Positions 1-11,215 of a stretch of 64,000 bases of DNA are shown one piece after another. Every line of letters starts with the position of its first letter. Within the stretch, counting starts at the first letter, position 1. The notes beneath the pieces were generated by a model. The model searched no databases. It was not told where the DNA came from and saw only the letters and a list, made by a program, of their open reading frames with translations. Both the position numbers and the translations under genes were made by a program. The DNA is from an uncultured Spirochaetota bacterium (GTDB lineage: Bacteria; Spirochaetota; Brevinematia; Brevinematales; JAOACQ01): NCBI GenBank assembly GCA_963783575.1, contig CAWAOD010000013.1:228826-292825 (forward strand). Reading direction: 5' to 3'.

Positions 1-360
1 TCCGCTTTCTTTTAAATAGAATTCTATCTCGGCAGGCGCTGAAAGCGGGTGTATCATACTTGCTACAGCTCCGATTTTATTCAATGCGTAAAATAAAATC
101 AGAGACTGAGGGCAATTAGGCAGGCAGATTGTAACCGTGTCCGATTTTTTAAGCCCGCGGGACATTAGGACATCGGCTGTGTGATCGATATCTTTCAACA
201 GTTTTTTGTATGTTGAATTTGTTCCCATGAATTCATAAGCGGTAAGGCCGGGGTAATTAATAGAAGTATCGCGAACAAGCTCGTACATCGTTTTATCGGG
301 ATATTTTAGTGAATGGGGAATACCGTTGTAAAACTTCAGCCATGGTTTCGATTCATACAT
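1..360 (-). CDS. Long-chain fatty-acid--CoA ligase / AMP-binding protein, N-terminal part (runs off the window)
   Basis: Manual translation from ATG at 360: MYESKPWLKFYNGIPHSLKYPDKTMYEL...VTICLPNCPQSLILFYALNKIGAVASMIHPL, a typical acyl-CoA synthetase N-terminus. GGGAG RBS upstream. Confidence 0.85.
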   Translation of the reverse strand, partial: MYESKPWLKFYNGIPHSLKYPDKTMYELVRDTSINYPGLTAYEFMGTNSTYKKLLKDIDHTADVLMSRGLKKSDTVTICLPNCPQSLILFYALNKIGAVASMIHPLSAPAEIEFYLKESG

Positions 361-397
361 AAAAATCTCCCTTTTCTGATGTTGAAAAGAATATCTT

Positions 398-1249
398 TCA
401 AACCTTTGATTCGGGAACTTCCAGTATTTCCGGGTTTTCAACCATATTTTTAAATAGAGTTATTGATTTAGCGCAGTAAAAGCCATCCGTAATCCTTTCA
501 TCAAGCGTAAAAGTGACGTTTATACAGTTGCGCGCGGAGATATTGTTATTTTCGCCGACAAACGCTTCCTTATGCATTCTGCCGATAACCATAAATATGC
601 TGGCGCTGCCGTATTCGAAAAGGTGATGGTAGGGGGCATCAAGCCCTATGCTGCCGAGGTTTGCAAGATATACGCTAGCGTATAAAGGAATTGCCTGCAT
701 TAAAAAGTCCGGAAGTATATTATGATAATCGAGTGTTTTAATCAGCCATCCGGCAAAATTGATAACCGGTCTTGGCAATGATGCCACAATATCGACAAGT
801 TTGTCATCTTCGCCCTTATTATCGCTCCTGGCAAAAGCAAGTTGAGAATTTACCTTATCCCTTATTTCAGACAGAGTTTCGTTTCCCTGAAAAACAATTC
901 TGGTATTGACTTCACCGGCTTCTTCAGTGAACTCTTTTTTTACAATAAAAGTAACGCTGATGTCTTTGTGTTCATAAATCCTGTTTCCGGAGATAAACCG
1001 GTTCAATTCTGGCCGGGTCTTTAATATCCGTACAACTGAAGCCAGGAAAACATGAAAAAGCGATATCTTTTCTTCGCGTTTCTTTCCGGAATTGATTTTT
1101 TCAAGATAGTTGTGCATATTTGTCATATCCATTTTTTCTGTAAAGTAGATCAATGATTCGGTTCTTGTTTTCATAAGGTATGGAAATATTCTTCTGAAGG
1201 CGGGAAGATTTTTTTGATAAATTCCGTCTTTCCGTTTTTTAAATGCCAT
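398..1249 (-). CDS. Stand-alone 2-oxoacid dehydrogenase E2-like acyltransferase catalytic-domain protein
   Basis: ANLGSIG and C-terminal TFTLDERITDGFY (cf. DHRxxDG). No lipoyl domain. Confidence 0.75.
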   Translation of the reverse strand: MAFKKRKDGIYQKNLPAFRRIFPYLMKTRTESLIYFTEKMDMTNMHNYLEKINSGKKREEKISLFHVFLASVVRILKTRPELNRFISGNRIYEHKDISVTFIVKKEFTEEAGEVNTRIVFQGNETLSEIRDKVNSQLAFARSDNKGEDDKLVDIVASLPRPVINFAGWLIKTLDYHNILPDFLMQAIPLYASVYLANLGSIGLDAPYHHLFEYGSASIFMVIGRMHKEAFVGENNNISARNCINVTFTLDERITDGFYCAKSITLFKNMVENPEILEVPESKV

Positions 1250-1464
1250 ATCTGCTCCTTGACAATATTCTTGATATTTAACTTCAGAATAAATTGATTA
1301 TATAAATATCGGAAAAAATAAATTGAACATATAGCGGGTAATTACTGTCAAAAAACGGCCATTCCGGTCATGATTAATATTATTTTATGACGTGAATACA
1401 GTTTATTATAAATCCATTTGAAAATCAAGGATTCGATTTATAAAATATTTATAATCGGACCCTG

Positions 1465-2436
1465 TTAATCGGGATTGATATAAAGAATGGTATTTATTTT
1501 TTCCATAACATCTGCGGTTAATTTTGGAACAGCATCAAGGGATTTCATATTTTCCACAACCTGTTCGGGACGGCTTGACCCGGTAATAACAGTACTGACA
1601 TTGGTATTTTTCAAACACCAGGCTAAAGCCATTACGGGCATTGATAAGCCAAGATCATCTGCAACCGACTGGAGCTTTTTGATCATAGCCAGCCTTTCGG
1701 GTTTATAAACCATATCTTTGAGCCATTCCAGTCCATTAAGCGATAAACGGCTCCCGGCGGGTATGCCGCTATTATACTTGCCTGTCAGAAGCCCTGATGC
1801 AAGCGGGCTCCAGATTGTCAATCCAAGCCCTATTTCACTGTATAGTCTGGAATATTCCTTTTCCACCCTGTCCCTGATAAGCAGGTTATATTGGGGCTGT
1901 TCCATCTGCGGTTTATGGAGGTGGTGCTTATCGGCGATCATATATGCCTGCATGATCTGGTCCGCGCTCCATTCCGAAGTACCCCAGTATACAGCCCTCC
2001 CGCTTGAAACTATATCATGCATAGCCCAAACAGTTTCTTCAATAGGGGTTTCAGGGTCAGGCCTGTGGCAGAAGACCAGGTCGACATAATCAAGCTGAAG
2101 CCGTTTCAAAGACCCGTCAATTGCCTGCAGAAGATACTTCCTGTTCAAAGTATTATATTCATTGGGTCCTTTAGTTAAACCCCAGAAGAATTTTGTCGAT
2201 ATAATGTAACTGCTCCGCCGCCAGTTTGTTTTTTTTAAAACTTTTCCCATTATGATTTCGGATTGTCCGGCCGCATAAGACTCGGCATTATCGAAGAAAT
2301 TTACCCCCGCATCATATGCCGCTTTCATGCATTGAGCAGCGGTATCTTCATTCAATTGAGTCCCGTATGTAATCCATGATCCCAGGGAAAGCTCGCTGAC
2401 CTTTAGCCCTGCGTTTCCAAGGCGCCTGTAATTCAT
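1465..2436 (-). CDS. Aldo/keto reductase (Kv-beta-like)
   Basis: [50 protein letters not shown]. Confidence 0.92.
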   Translation of the reverse strand: MNYRRLGNAGLKVSELSLGSWITYGTQLNEDTAAQCMKAAYDAGVNFFDNAESYAAGQSEIIMGKVLKKTNWRRSSYIISTKFFWGLTKGPNEYNTLNRKYLLQAIDGSLKRLQLDYVDLVFCHRPDPETPIEETVWAMHDIVSSGRAVYWGTSEWSADQIMQAYMIADKHHLHKPQMEQPQYNLLIRDRVEKEYSRLYSEIGLGLTIWSPLASGLLTGKYNSGIPAGSRLSLNGLEWLKDMVYKPERLAMIKKLQSVADDLGLSMPVMALAWCLKNTNVSTVITGSSRPEQVVENMKSLDAVPKLTADVMEKINTILYINPD

Positions 2437-2715
2437 AATATCCTCCGTTAATTATTATATTTTTATTAACAATATTACTAATATGGCGGCATTTTGTCAA
2501 TTATGATATGATGGTATTAATAACGATGATTAACTATTGTTTCAGCCCCGTTGCGTCAAATATTTTTCTGACAAGTTTTTATTATAAAGATAGATTTATC
2601 AATTAAGCAAGGTAGAAATTAAGTTATGACAAAATTAAAAGATAAAATCGCTGATGGAAAAATGTAGAGAAAGTTCTGCCCATAACTTTTTCTTATGTGA
2701 AACCGGTAAGTCTAT

Positions 2716-3192
2716 TTAAGCATATTTGGTGGGATAGTCATCCCTATCAAGTATATGCGCAAGTCTATGGAGGAATTCTTTACGGTCGAAATTTTCCTCT
2801 CCGTCAAAGTTTTTTGCGTATGGTTTGATAATATAACCAGAGATACCTGATTGAATAGCTTCCTTAATCCTGTCTTCATTCTGAACATTGGTTATCAAAA
2901 TAATTTTAATGTTTGGGTAATGAGGATGTATATGTTTAACCGCATCTATGCCATTCATTTTTAACATTTCAATTCCGCTTAAATAGATATCGGGTTTTAT
3001 AGCAGCTTTATTTAATATGCTGATTGCCTGTTCACCATCTTCCGCTTCAAGAATCACATCAAATTTTTCTGATAGCAGAATCTGTTTTATAATCATTCTT
3101 ATTATTTTTGATCCTTCTACAAGCATGACCTTGAAAGGAAGTCCATTCGAAGTGTTAAATCCAAGCGCTTTATTATAAGTTTCACGGCTCAT
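2716..3192 (-). CDS. CheY-like receiver protein, atypical (lacks phospho-acceptor Asp)
   Basis: Receiver fold with KP motif (YIIKP). VEGS replaces VDDS and YLSGIEM replaces xLDIxMP. Start placed at ATG 3192. Confidence 0.75.
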   Translation of the reverse strand: MSRETYNKALGFNTSNGLPFKVMLVEGSKIIRMIIKQILLSEKFDVILEAEDGEQAISILNKAAIKPDIYLSGIEMLKMNGIDAVKHIHPHYPNIKIILITNVQNEDRIKEAIQSGISGYIIKPYAKNFDGEENFDRKEFLHRLAHILDRDDYPTKYA

Positions 3193-3618
3193 TGTACTAC
3201 CTTCATAAAACAAAATACTAATTAAAGAAGGCTATAAAATAAACTGTAAATAATATTAATCGAAATTTCTAATAGCAAATCATTTTGCCACTTTTGAAAG
3301 CTTATTCACTCATATAGCTATTATACCACTACCAAAAAATCATGTCAAGGGGGGTTAACGATGATTGAAATATTAAAGCTGATTTATATATTATTCAACC
3401 TTAAGCAGGATTAAAATTCACAAATAAATTACTTCCGGAAAAACAATTATTATTTAATAAATATTTAAACCCGGTAATGTATTTCTTTTAATAGAATTTC
3501 TTTTTCTTTGTCATCAATATGAATAAAATCAAATGTTTTTAATAAAAGCTAACTCCCAAATTTGATTTTTGCTATAATTTATTTTAATGTATTATATATT
3601 AATGGCTGGAGATTTAAT

Positions 3619-4047
3619 ATGAAAGAGATCAGAACTGAAATTTTAATTAAAACAATCACATCAAATGTTTGGAAATTTTTTAATGATTTTGAGCATTATC
3701 CGGAATGGAATCCTTTTATACATTATATACAAGGTGTAGTATTAACTGGAAAAATAATAAAAATTAAACTAACGCCTCCGTATGCCAAACAAATGATATT
3801 CAGGCCAAAAATATTAAAAATCATCCCAAACAAGGAAATTCGCTGGATAGGTCATTTTATTATACCTGGTTTATTTGATGGGGAACATATTTTTGAATTT
3901 GTTGATAATAAAAATCAAACAACAACTTTTATTCAAAGAGAAATATTTTCTGGAATTTTAGTTCCATTATTAAAAAAAATGTTGGATGACAACACTAAAC
4001 GTGGTTTTGAATTAATGAATAAAAAATTGAAAGAAAAATGTGAATAA
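3619..4047 (+). CDS. SRPBCC (START-like) domain protein
   Basis: VWKFFNDFEHYPEWNPFI, GLFDGEHIFE, TTFIQREIFSG, GFELMNKKLKEKCE. GGAG RBS before ATG 3619. Confidence 0.85.
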   Translation: MKEIRTEILIKTITSNVWKFFNDFEHYPEWNPFIHYIQGVVLTGKIIKIKLTPPYAKQMIFRPKILKIIPNKEIRWIGHFIIPGLFDGEHIFEFVDNKNQTTTFIQREIFSGILVPLLKKMLDDNTKRGFELMNKKLKEKCE

Positions 4048-4172
4048 TTTTATTACCGGTGATATCCGTTCGTTTTTTAGTTAAGGGAACACTCTTTTGA
4101 ATTTGCCGTTTGATGATTCTAATATTGGGAATACTACAATTTACAAAAAATATTTATGCCTGTTTTGCTATA

Positions 4173-5370
4173 TCATCGGCTTAAACTGTGATTCAATGGC
4201 ATTTCTTTTTTTTTGGCAAGCGGTTGAATGGCTGGATTTTCTTTATCATTTCCAAGTTTAAACGATTTATTAATAATCCGGATAGCTTCAATCTTAAAGT
4301 TTTCCCAGTATTCATTTTTCTGCGCTTTACTTAAAAATGATGCATAGAGGTTGTTTTTAATTATTTCTATTATATCACTGAACTTAAAGCCAAGATGAAG
4401 ACAAAGATTCATAAGCTCATCCGTCAATTCAACATTGAACAAAACCGGGTCATCGGTATTTATTGTAACTATTATTCCTCTTAAAAAATATTCCTTAAGG
4501 GGATGGTTTTTTATTTTTTTAACATACTTTCCTGTTATTACATTGCTTGTGGGGCAAATCTCCAGGGGAATTCTGTTATCCCTTAAATAATCCATCAGAA
4601 CTTCATCCTTGATTGCGCTTGTTCCATGGCCTATTCTGGATACTCCTAAATCATTAATTGCGCTCCATATGGATTCGGTCCCACTTCTTCTCGGCATGTG
4701 CAACGGTTTTAAGTTTATTTTCCTTGGCTTTTTTAAAGATATGCATATAATCAATGGCAGGGCCGTTTTTCTCGGATCCGCCCAATCCGATGCCGATAAT
4801 CCTTGTTGTTTTTTTGTATTTTTTGATGTAATTTAAAGTATATTCAAGGTTTGCTTCGGCATTTGGAACGCCGAACGTGCGTGACACATCGATGATCAAT
4901 TTGATTGTCCTTCCGTCTTTTTGATAAATGTCATCAAAAGATTTCTCAAGTATCTGAAACATTTTTTCAAAAACGAGGCCGTTTTTCAAGAATCCTGAAG
5001 GAGAAAAGAATAATTCAATATAGTAAATATTATTTCTTTTTATGTAAGCATAGAGGTCTCTTACAAGAAGTTTAAGGTCTTCCTCTTTTCTGAAGCATGC
5101 CTGGAAAAAGAGAAAAAAGTCTATCATTTTCGAAAGGTTATGAATTTCATAAATATTTTTCAGTTCATCAACGGTTTTAATTTCTGATGATGTGTTATAT
5201 TTCCTGTTCAGGAAAAAAATTGTTTCAAATGTGACAACAGCTTCCGCATGAATATGTATTTCCGTTTTCGGCATTAATTTTATCAAATTATAGATTTTAT
5301 CTTTATTAAGACCGGCATCAATCAATTCATCCACTTTTTTTAGAGATTGAGTGAATTCATTTCTATCCAT
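4173..5370 (-). CDS. add: Adenosine/adenine deaminase family protein (frameshifted near 4675-4695)
   Basis: PKTEIHIH, VAHA(GE), RIGHG, EICPTSN and NTDDP motifs are split over two ORFs. Restoring two G bases gives HAGEEVGPESIW. Confidence 0.85.
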
Positions 5371-5639
5371 AACCAAGAAACTCCTCCTGAAACCCAATAA
5401 ATGCAGTAGCCAATACGGTAATAAGGCCATAAAAAGTATTTTAAATATATTTCAGTTTTAACTTTACAAAGTAATAATTTACTGTATTATCGAAAATTAT
5501 GGGGTAAAACTTTAAATTGATTTGGGATTCGGGATAAAATGTAACAATGGCTTTCTGTTTTTTTATTATAAATCAAATCAAATTAAAATTGGAAAAATCA
5601 CAACCTTGGTCTTATAATAATGTCTCGGCGGAGGATTGA

Positions 5640-5942
5640 ATGCAGAGGAATGGTCTTATAACGATACTTATAAGTATAATAATCTATTCAATAATAGGAT
5701 ATATCCTCATTACTCTTCTTCCGATTTTAATGGTTTTTATAATTATGGGCGCTCTTGTAATGGGCGTAATAATATTAATCAGGTATATAAGACAGAATTT
5801 TTCAAAAAAAAACATTGAACACAGGGAATTTGACGAGTATGGAAGCCGTAGGATCGAATCAACAATAATTGAAATGAAAGAAGCCAGCGATGATAAAGAT
5901 AAATCAGGGCAAAAAAACGAAACGGAGAAGGAAAATAAATGA
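5640..5942 (+). CDS. Small membrane protein, hypothetical
   Basis: GGAGG RBS, long hydrophobic N-terminus, charged tail, ATGA overlap with the next gene. Confidence 0.65.
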   Translation: MQRNGLITILISIIIYSIIGYILITLLPILMVFIIMGALVMGVIILIRYIRQNFSKKNIEHREFDEYGSRRIESTIIEMKEASDDKDKSGQKNETEKENK

Positions 5943-6848
5943 AAGAACAAGAAATACCCATACAGCAGATTATTTCCAGAGTAAAGCACCTGGAGATCAG
6001 GGCAAGAAAACTTGTTCAGGATACCCTCTCCAGCGAATACCACAGTGTTTTTAAGGGAAGGGGAATCGAATTTAACGAGGTAAGGAATTATCTTCCCGAA
6101 GATGATGTCCGCGATATCGATTGGAATGTGACTGCAAGGATGATCGAACCTTATATAAAAACTTACATTGAAGAAAGACAGCTGACGGTAATTTTTGCCG
6201 TGGACATAAGCGCTTCAAGTTTTTTTGGCAGCGGGAAATCGAAGAGGGAAATGATGGCCGAAGTAACCGCGCTCCTGGGTTTCGCCTCCTTTTTTAATAA
6301 CGACAGGGCCGGCTTGATTCTTTTTTCCCAGGATATTGAAAAAGTTATTCCACCGCTTAAGAATTATTCCCACCTTCTTCGCATAATACGCGACAGCTGG
6401 TATTATGAGGCGGTTAACAGAGGAACAAGCCTATCAAGATCGTTTTTGAGTATTTACAGTATGCTGAAAAAAAAGGCCATAATTTTTATCTTGAGCGATT
6501 TTCTTGACGCCGGATATGATAAAGCCCTTTTAGGCCTTTCCAGAAAACATGAAATCATTCCGGTAGTTGTTATGGATAGTCTGGAAGAACGGATCGATAT
6601 TGAGCCGTTGAAAAAAGAGGGGGTATTATCGAAAATTCCGGTTCTCTTTGATATTGAAGATATTGAAACCAATTCGGTACGTACAGTTGATATGAGTCTT
6701 CACAAGTATACCGAAATTCATAAATATCAGGATTATTACCGCAGGTTGTTCAAAAAACTCGGGTCTCGATTATGCGGAGATAAACAATAAAATCGATTAC
6801 TTTAAAACTATGGAACTTCTTCTCCGGAGAAGGATGAAAAAAAGATAA
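5939..6848 (+). CDS. DUF58 (vWA-like, MoxR-associated) protein; probable extra G at 6761-6763
   Basis: SVFKGRGIEFNEVRNY...DDVRDIDWNVTAR, DISAS, ILSDF. Removing one G extends the ORF to ...LGLDYAEINNKIDYFKTMELLLRRRMKKR* at 6848. Confidence 0.85.
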
Positions 6849-6859
6849 CGGATATAGCT

Positions 6860-7798
6860 TTACTTTAAATCTTCAATATATTTCCTCGCGGTATAAGCTG
6901 CTACTGCTCCGTCTCCGACCGCGGTCGATATCTGCCTGAGCGGGGTTTTTCTGCAGTCACCTGCGGCAAAGAGGCCTTCGATATTTGTTCTCATCATCTC
7001 ATCCGTGATAATATATCCCCATTCATCTTTTTCTACTTCCTCAAACATTTCCGTACTTGGGTTGAATCCGATATAGAGGAACATTCCATCAACCTCAATA
7101 TTGGAAATACTTCCGTCTTTAACATTTCTTAATTTAAGTTTTCTTAATTTATTGTCACCGATAACTTCTTCTACAACACTATTCCAGATAAATTCAATCT
7201 TTGGATTTTCAAAAGCTCTTTTTTGAAGTAGTTTTTCCGCTCGAAGTTCGTCTCTTCTATGGATAATTATAACCTTAGAGGCGAATCTTGTCAGAAAAAT
7301 TCCCTCATCCATAGCGGAATCGCCTCCGCCGATAACGGCGACCTTCTTATCACGGTAAAAAGCGGCATCGCAAGTTGCGCAGAAAGAAATTCCATGGCCG
7401 ATAAAATTTTCTTCGCCTTTTATGCCGAGTTTCTTAGGTTTCGACCCTGTGGAGATTATTACACTGCGGGCCTTATAAACCGCTTCTTCTGCATGGATTA
7501 TGAATAACCCGGTACCGGAATCTTTTTCAATTTTTTCTGCGTAATTTAATTCAAATTCCGCTCCGAATTTTCTGGCCTGTTCTTCCATTTTTTGTGAAAG
7601 TTCAAATCCGTTGACGGTATCCGGAAAACCCGGGTAATTTTCTATCAGATTGGTTATAGCCATCTCGCCGCCGGAGCCGAGCTTTTCTATGACAAGCGTG
7701 GATAGAAGCGCCCTTGATCCGTAAATCGCCGCGGTTAACCCGGATGGTCCCGCACCGAGTATAATTAAATCATAAAAATCCTTCTTATTGCTATCCAT
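6860..7798 (-). CDS. trxB: Thioredoxin reductase
   Basis: GAGPSG, CATCD, GGGDSA, HRRDELRA, FAAGD. Confidence 0.95.
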   Translation of the reverse strand: MDSNKKDFYDLIILGAGPSGLTAAIYGSRALLSTLVIEKLGSGGEMAITNLIENYPGFPDTVNGFELSQKMEEQARKFGAEFELNYAEKIEKDSGTGLFIIHAEEAVYKARSVIISTGSKPKKLGIKGEENFIGHGISFCATCDAAFYRDKKVAVIGGGDSAMDEGIFLTRFASKVIIIHRRDELRAEKLLQKRAFENPKIEFIWNSVVEEVIGDNKLRKLKLRNVKDGSISNIEVDGMFLYIGFNPSTEMFEEVEKDEWGYIITDEMMRTNIEGLFAAGDCRKTPLRQISTAVGDGAVAAYTARKYIEDLK

Positions 7799-8260
7799 TT
7801 TAACTCCTGTAATTTTAATAATTGTTTGCTCCCTTTTAATTATTAATAATAATAAAAGAAAACAAATATTGCAAAAAATCTATTGCTGGTTTTAACAGTG
7901 TTTTTGATAATAACAGCTCAAAGGGATTTTTTATTTTATTTCCCGGAAAATGGGTTTTACAGGATAGTCCATCACAATGGGAAATCCGGGAATTGGTATT
8001 CTGTTTAAATGGGATATTATATAATTCCGGCCAAAAATGTAAAATACCTATTTACTTTTTTTGATTTTTCGTGTAAAATAAATGCAATAGTTGAAATATT
8101 AACTTGTTATATAGGTATATTTCCGGATAATAATTTATTAAGATATTTCTTTTACTGGATTATAATAACCTATCCCAACAAAAATGTTTGTGGTATTATT
8201 AATGCAGAATAACAGGAGACCAACTTGATCCATATCTCATCTTAACTTGGGATGAACTCC

Positions 8261-8360
8261 AAGGAATTACAACTGGGTCAAGCAGCCTCCCCTGAGCTAG
8301 CTTGCGGTGGGCCGAGCCTGCCCTGAGTTTAACGAAGGGAACCAAAGGGTCACTCTTGTT
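8261..8360 (+). repeat. REP-like repeat, family A
   Basis: Near-identical to the reverse complement of 35121-35220. Core GAGCCTGCCCTGAGTTTAACGAAGGGAACCAAAGGG. Confidence 0.85.
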
Positions 8361-8408
8361 AAACTGAAATAATAATTTATTGATTATTTAAAAATTTTGG
8401 AGGACGAA

Positions 8409-9839
8409 ATGCTGCTCAAGAAATTACATAGAGTCAGCGATTATGAATGGCTTATTCCCAGGCAAGATGATATGAATGTCGACGGCCTGATCATCGGCAG
8501 TCAAGTTCTAGTTGAATCTATGGATGATATGGTATACCAGCAGCTTAAAAATGTCGCTTCATTGCCGGGTATTCTTGATAAAGCGATAGTCCTTCCTGAT
8601 GCGCATTCCGGGTACGGTTTTCCTATAGGATGCATTGCCGCTTTTGATAGAAACGACGGGATAATCTGCATGGGCGGAGTCGGATTTGACATCAATTGCG
8701 GAGTGAGAATGGTAACCACAAACCTGATATATCAGGATATAGAAAAAAAAGTCGAATCACTTATAAAGGCTTTTTATAAAGTAATACCATGCGGTCTGGG
8801 TTCTGTCAGTAAAATAAATCTTTCAAAAAAAGAGATCAGGGAAATACTTGTTGAAGGAGCGCGTTGGGTTATTAACAATAAAGGAATGGGTAAGGAAGAG
8901 GAATTGGATTATATGGAAGAAGGAGGGGCAATGTCCGGCGCTGATCCGGATTATGTCAGTGATGAAGCGGTTAAAAGGGAAAAAAATCAGCTTGGGACAC
9001 TTGGTACTGGTAATCACTACGTGGAACTCCAGATTGTTGATGAAATTTTCGATATAGAAAAAGCCAGGGTCTTCGGACTGTTTAAAAACCAGGTTGTTGT
9101 AACTTTCCACACTGGTTCCAGGGGATTGGGACACCAGGTTGGCATGGATTATCTGCAGATTTTTGCAAATGCAGCCAGGAAATACAATATTTCTGTTAAA
9201 GACCGGGAACTGCTTTATGTTCCGGTTAATTCGGATGAGGGAAAAAGATTCCTTGGAGCGGTCCGGGCGGCGTCAAATTTTGCTTTTGCCAACCGCCAGG
9301 TGATCAGTCATTATATTCATGAAGTATTCAACGATGTAATTAAAGATGTGGACACAAATACGATGTACGACATCGGCCACAATACAATAAAGGAAGAAAC
9401 TCATAAAATCGGATCGTCGAAAAAACTGGTTCTTATTCACAGGAAAGGAAGTACCAGGAATTTTTCAGGAAAAATGCAGGGCCTGTCTAAACCTTATAAA
9501 GTCTCTGGACAGCCTGTTATAGTCGGAGGATCCATGGGCACTGCCAGCTATGTTCTCGTTGGGAAGGAAGAGTCTATTGATAAAACATTCGCTTCCACCG
9601 TGCATGGCGCGGGAAGGGCCATGTCAAGAAGCGAGGCTAAAAAGGCCTCGGATTTTGAACATCTTGCAAGGGATTTATCAGATAAAAGCATTTTTTTAAA
9701 AACTAAAAGTAAAGACAGCGCTCTTGAAGAAGCGCCATATGCTTACAAGGATATTGAAGAAATTATCCAATCCATCACTAAATCCGGCTTGTCCCAGAGA
9801 GTAGCCAGAATGAAGCCGATCGGCGTTATGAAAGGATAA
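8409..9839 (+). CDS. rtcB: RtcB RNA ligase (long, about 477 aa type)
   Basis: PDAHSGYGFPIG, DINCG, GNHYVE, HTGSRG, HN, HRKG, HGAGR and C-terminal KG. GGAGG RBS before ATG 8409. Confidence 0.93.
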   Translation: MLLKKLHRVSDYEWLIPRQDDMNVDGLIIGSQVLVESMDDMVYQQLKNVASLPGILDKAIVLPDAHSGYGFPIGCIAAFDRNDGIICMGGVGFDINCGVRMVTTNLIYQDIEKKVESLIKAFYKVIPCGLGSVSKINLSKKEIREILVEGARWVINNKGMGKEEELDYMEEGGAMSGADPDYVSDEAVKREKNQLGTLGTGNHYVELQIVDEIFDIEKARVFGLFKNQVVVTFHTGSRGLGHQVGMDYLQIFANAARKYNISVKDRELLYVPVNSDEGKRFLGAVRAASNFAFANRQVISHYIHEVFNDVIKDVDTNTMYDIGHNTIKEETHKIGSSKKLVLIHRKGSTRNFSGKMQGLSKPYKVSGQPVIVGGSMGTASYVLVGKEESIDKTFASTVHGAGRAMSRSEAKKASDFEHLARDLSDKSIFLKTKSKDSALEEAPYAYKDIEEIIQSITKSGLSQRVARMKPIGVMKG

Positions 9840-11215
9840 TGAATAAAATGGTAAATTTGAGTTTTATCGAAAAGACATTGAATGTTAATGCCGTTCATTC
9901 CGGCCTGCCTGAAGGAAAGAAAATCTCAGGGTTTATTATTGATTCAAGAAATGTTTCATCGACGCTTTTAGCAGCTTACGATTGCTATATCGCAATAAAG
10001 GGTGAGAGGTACGACGGCCATGATTTTGTTTTGGACTGCTTCAACAAGGGAGTTCGTTATTTCATAATAAATAAAGAATATAAAAATAAATTTAAAAAAA
10101 TGCTTCCGCAAGCTGTCCTGTTCCCTGTTACGGATACGGTCAAGGCTCTCGGAATGCTGGCAAAAAAATATAAGGAAAACCTGTTTTCGAGTATTTTAGC
10201 CATAACGGGAAGTTCGGGGAAGACAACAACAAGGGAACTGGTTGTAAAAATCCTGGAAAGGAAATACAAAATTCATACCGCCAAAAAAAATTTTAACAAC
10301 GATATCGGCCTGCCTTTGACTCTTCTTGAGACTCCTCCGGGGACACATATTACAGTTGTTGAGTTTGGAATGAACCATCCAGGGGAGATAGAAAAGCTTT
10401 CAAAGATTGCGGAGCCTCTGTGCGTAATAATAACGAACATCGGGTATGCTCATATCGGCAACCTGGGTAGCCTGAACGCTATTGCAAATGCCAAAGCCGA
10501 GGTATTTTCCGGTATAAACGGGCATGGTTATGTTTTCTTAAACAGGGATGACGATTATTTCGGTTATTTATCGAAGATATCGCCCGTTGAAGTTATAGAT
10601 TTCGGGGAATCCGATTTAAAGATCATTAAAGATAAAGTTTTGGATGGATACAGGCTGTCATACCAGGGAATTGAATTTGATTTTAATCTTCCGGGCAGTC
10701 ATAATCTATTAAATTTAGCGGCAGCGCTGAAAACAGGCAGTTTTTATCATGTCGATCCGTATGATATGATTGACTCCGTTTCATCTTTTATTCCGGTACC
10801 GGGAAGAAGTGAAATCATAAAAAATAACATTACCATCATAAATGATTGCTATAATGCGAATCCTTCTTCCATGAAAGCCGGGTTATCTCTTTTATCAAAA
10901 TCAAAGGGAAGACGAGTTGCGATACTTGCTGATATGCTGGAACTTGGTAAATTATCAACGGAACTTCATACAATGATAGGCGGCTTTATCGGCAGGGAGC
11001 ATATGGCCGATCTGGTTTACGCTTACGGCGGTGAATCGAAGGCGCTGATTGAAAGCATTAATACTGCGGGAATTGATGTCCGATGGTTTCCATCTAAAGA
11101 AGAATTAACCGAAAATATTTTGAAAGCCGTTAAAATTGGAGATACAATACTGGTTAAGGCTTCCAATGGAATGAAACTCGAAACGGTAGTTGATGCTCTT
11201 AAGGAGAAATTCTGA
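9839..11215 (+). CDS. murF: UDP-N-acetylmuramoyl-tripeptide--D-Ala-D-Ala ligase
   Basis: DSR, DGHDF, AITGSSGKTTT, NNDIGLPLTL, EFGMNHPGEI, DCYNANPSSM, DMLELG. Confidence 0.95.
   Translation: MNKMVNLSFIEKTLNVNAVHSGLPEGKKISGFIIDSRNVSSTLLAAYDCYIAIKGERYDGHDFVLDCFNKGVRYFIINKEYKNKFKKMLPQAVLFPVTDTVKALGMLAKKYKENLFSSILAITGSSGKTTTRELVVKILERKYKIHTAKKNFNNDIGLPLTLLETPPGTHITVVEFGMNHPGEIEKLSKIAEPLCVIITNIGYAHIGNLGSLNAIANAKAEVFSGINGHGYVFLNRDDDYFGYLSKISPVEVIDFGESDLKIIKDKVLDGYRLSYQGIEFDFNLPGSHNLLNLAAALKTGSFYHVDPYDMIDSVSSFIPVPGRSEIIKNNITIINDCYNANPSSMKAGLSLLSKSKGRRVAILADMLELGKLSTELHTMIGGFIGREHMADLVYAYGGESKALIESINTAGIDVRWFPSKEELTENILKAVKIGDTILVKASNGMKLETVVDALKEKF

Noticed and set aside
4173..5370. Programmed frameshifting or phase variation in add, pdxB and others
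   Set aside because: The runs are short and scattered across unrelated housekeeping genes with no stimulatory structures. Sequencing error is more parsimonious.
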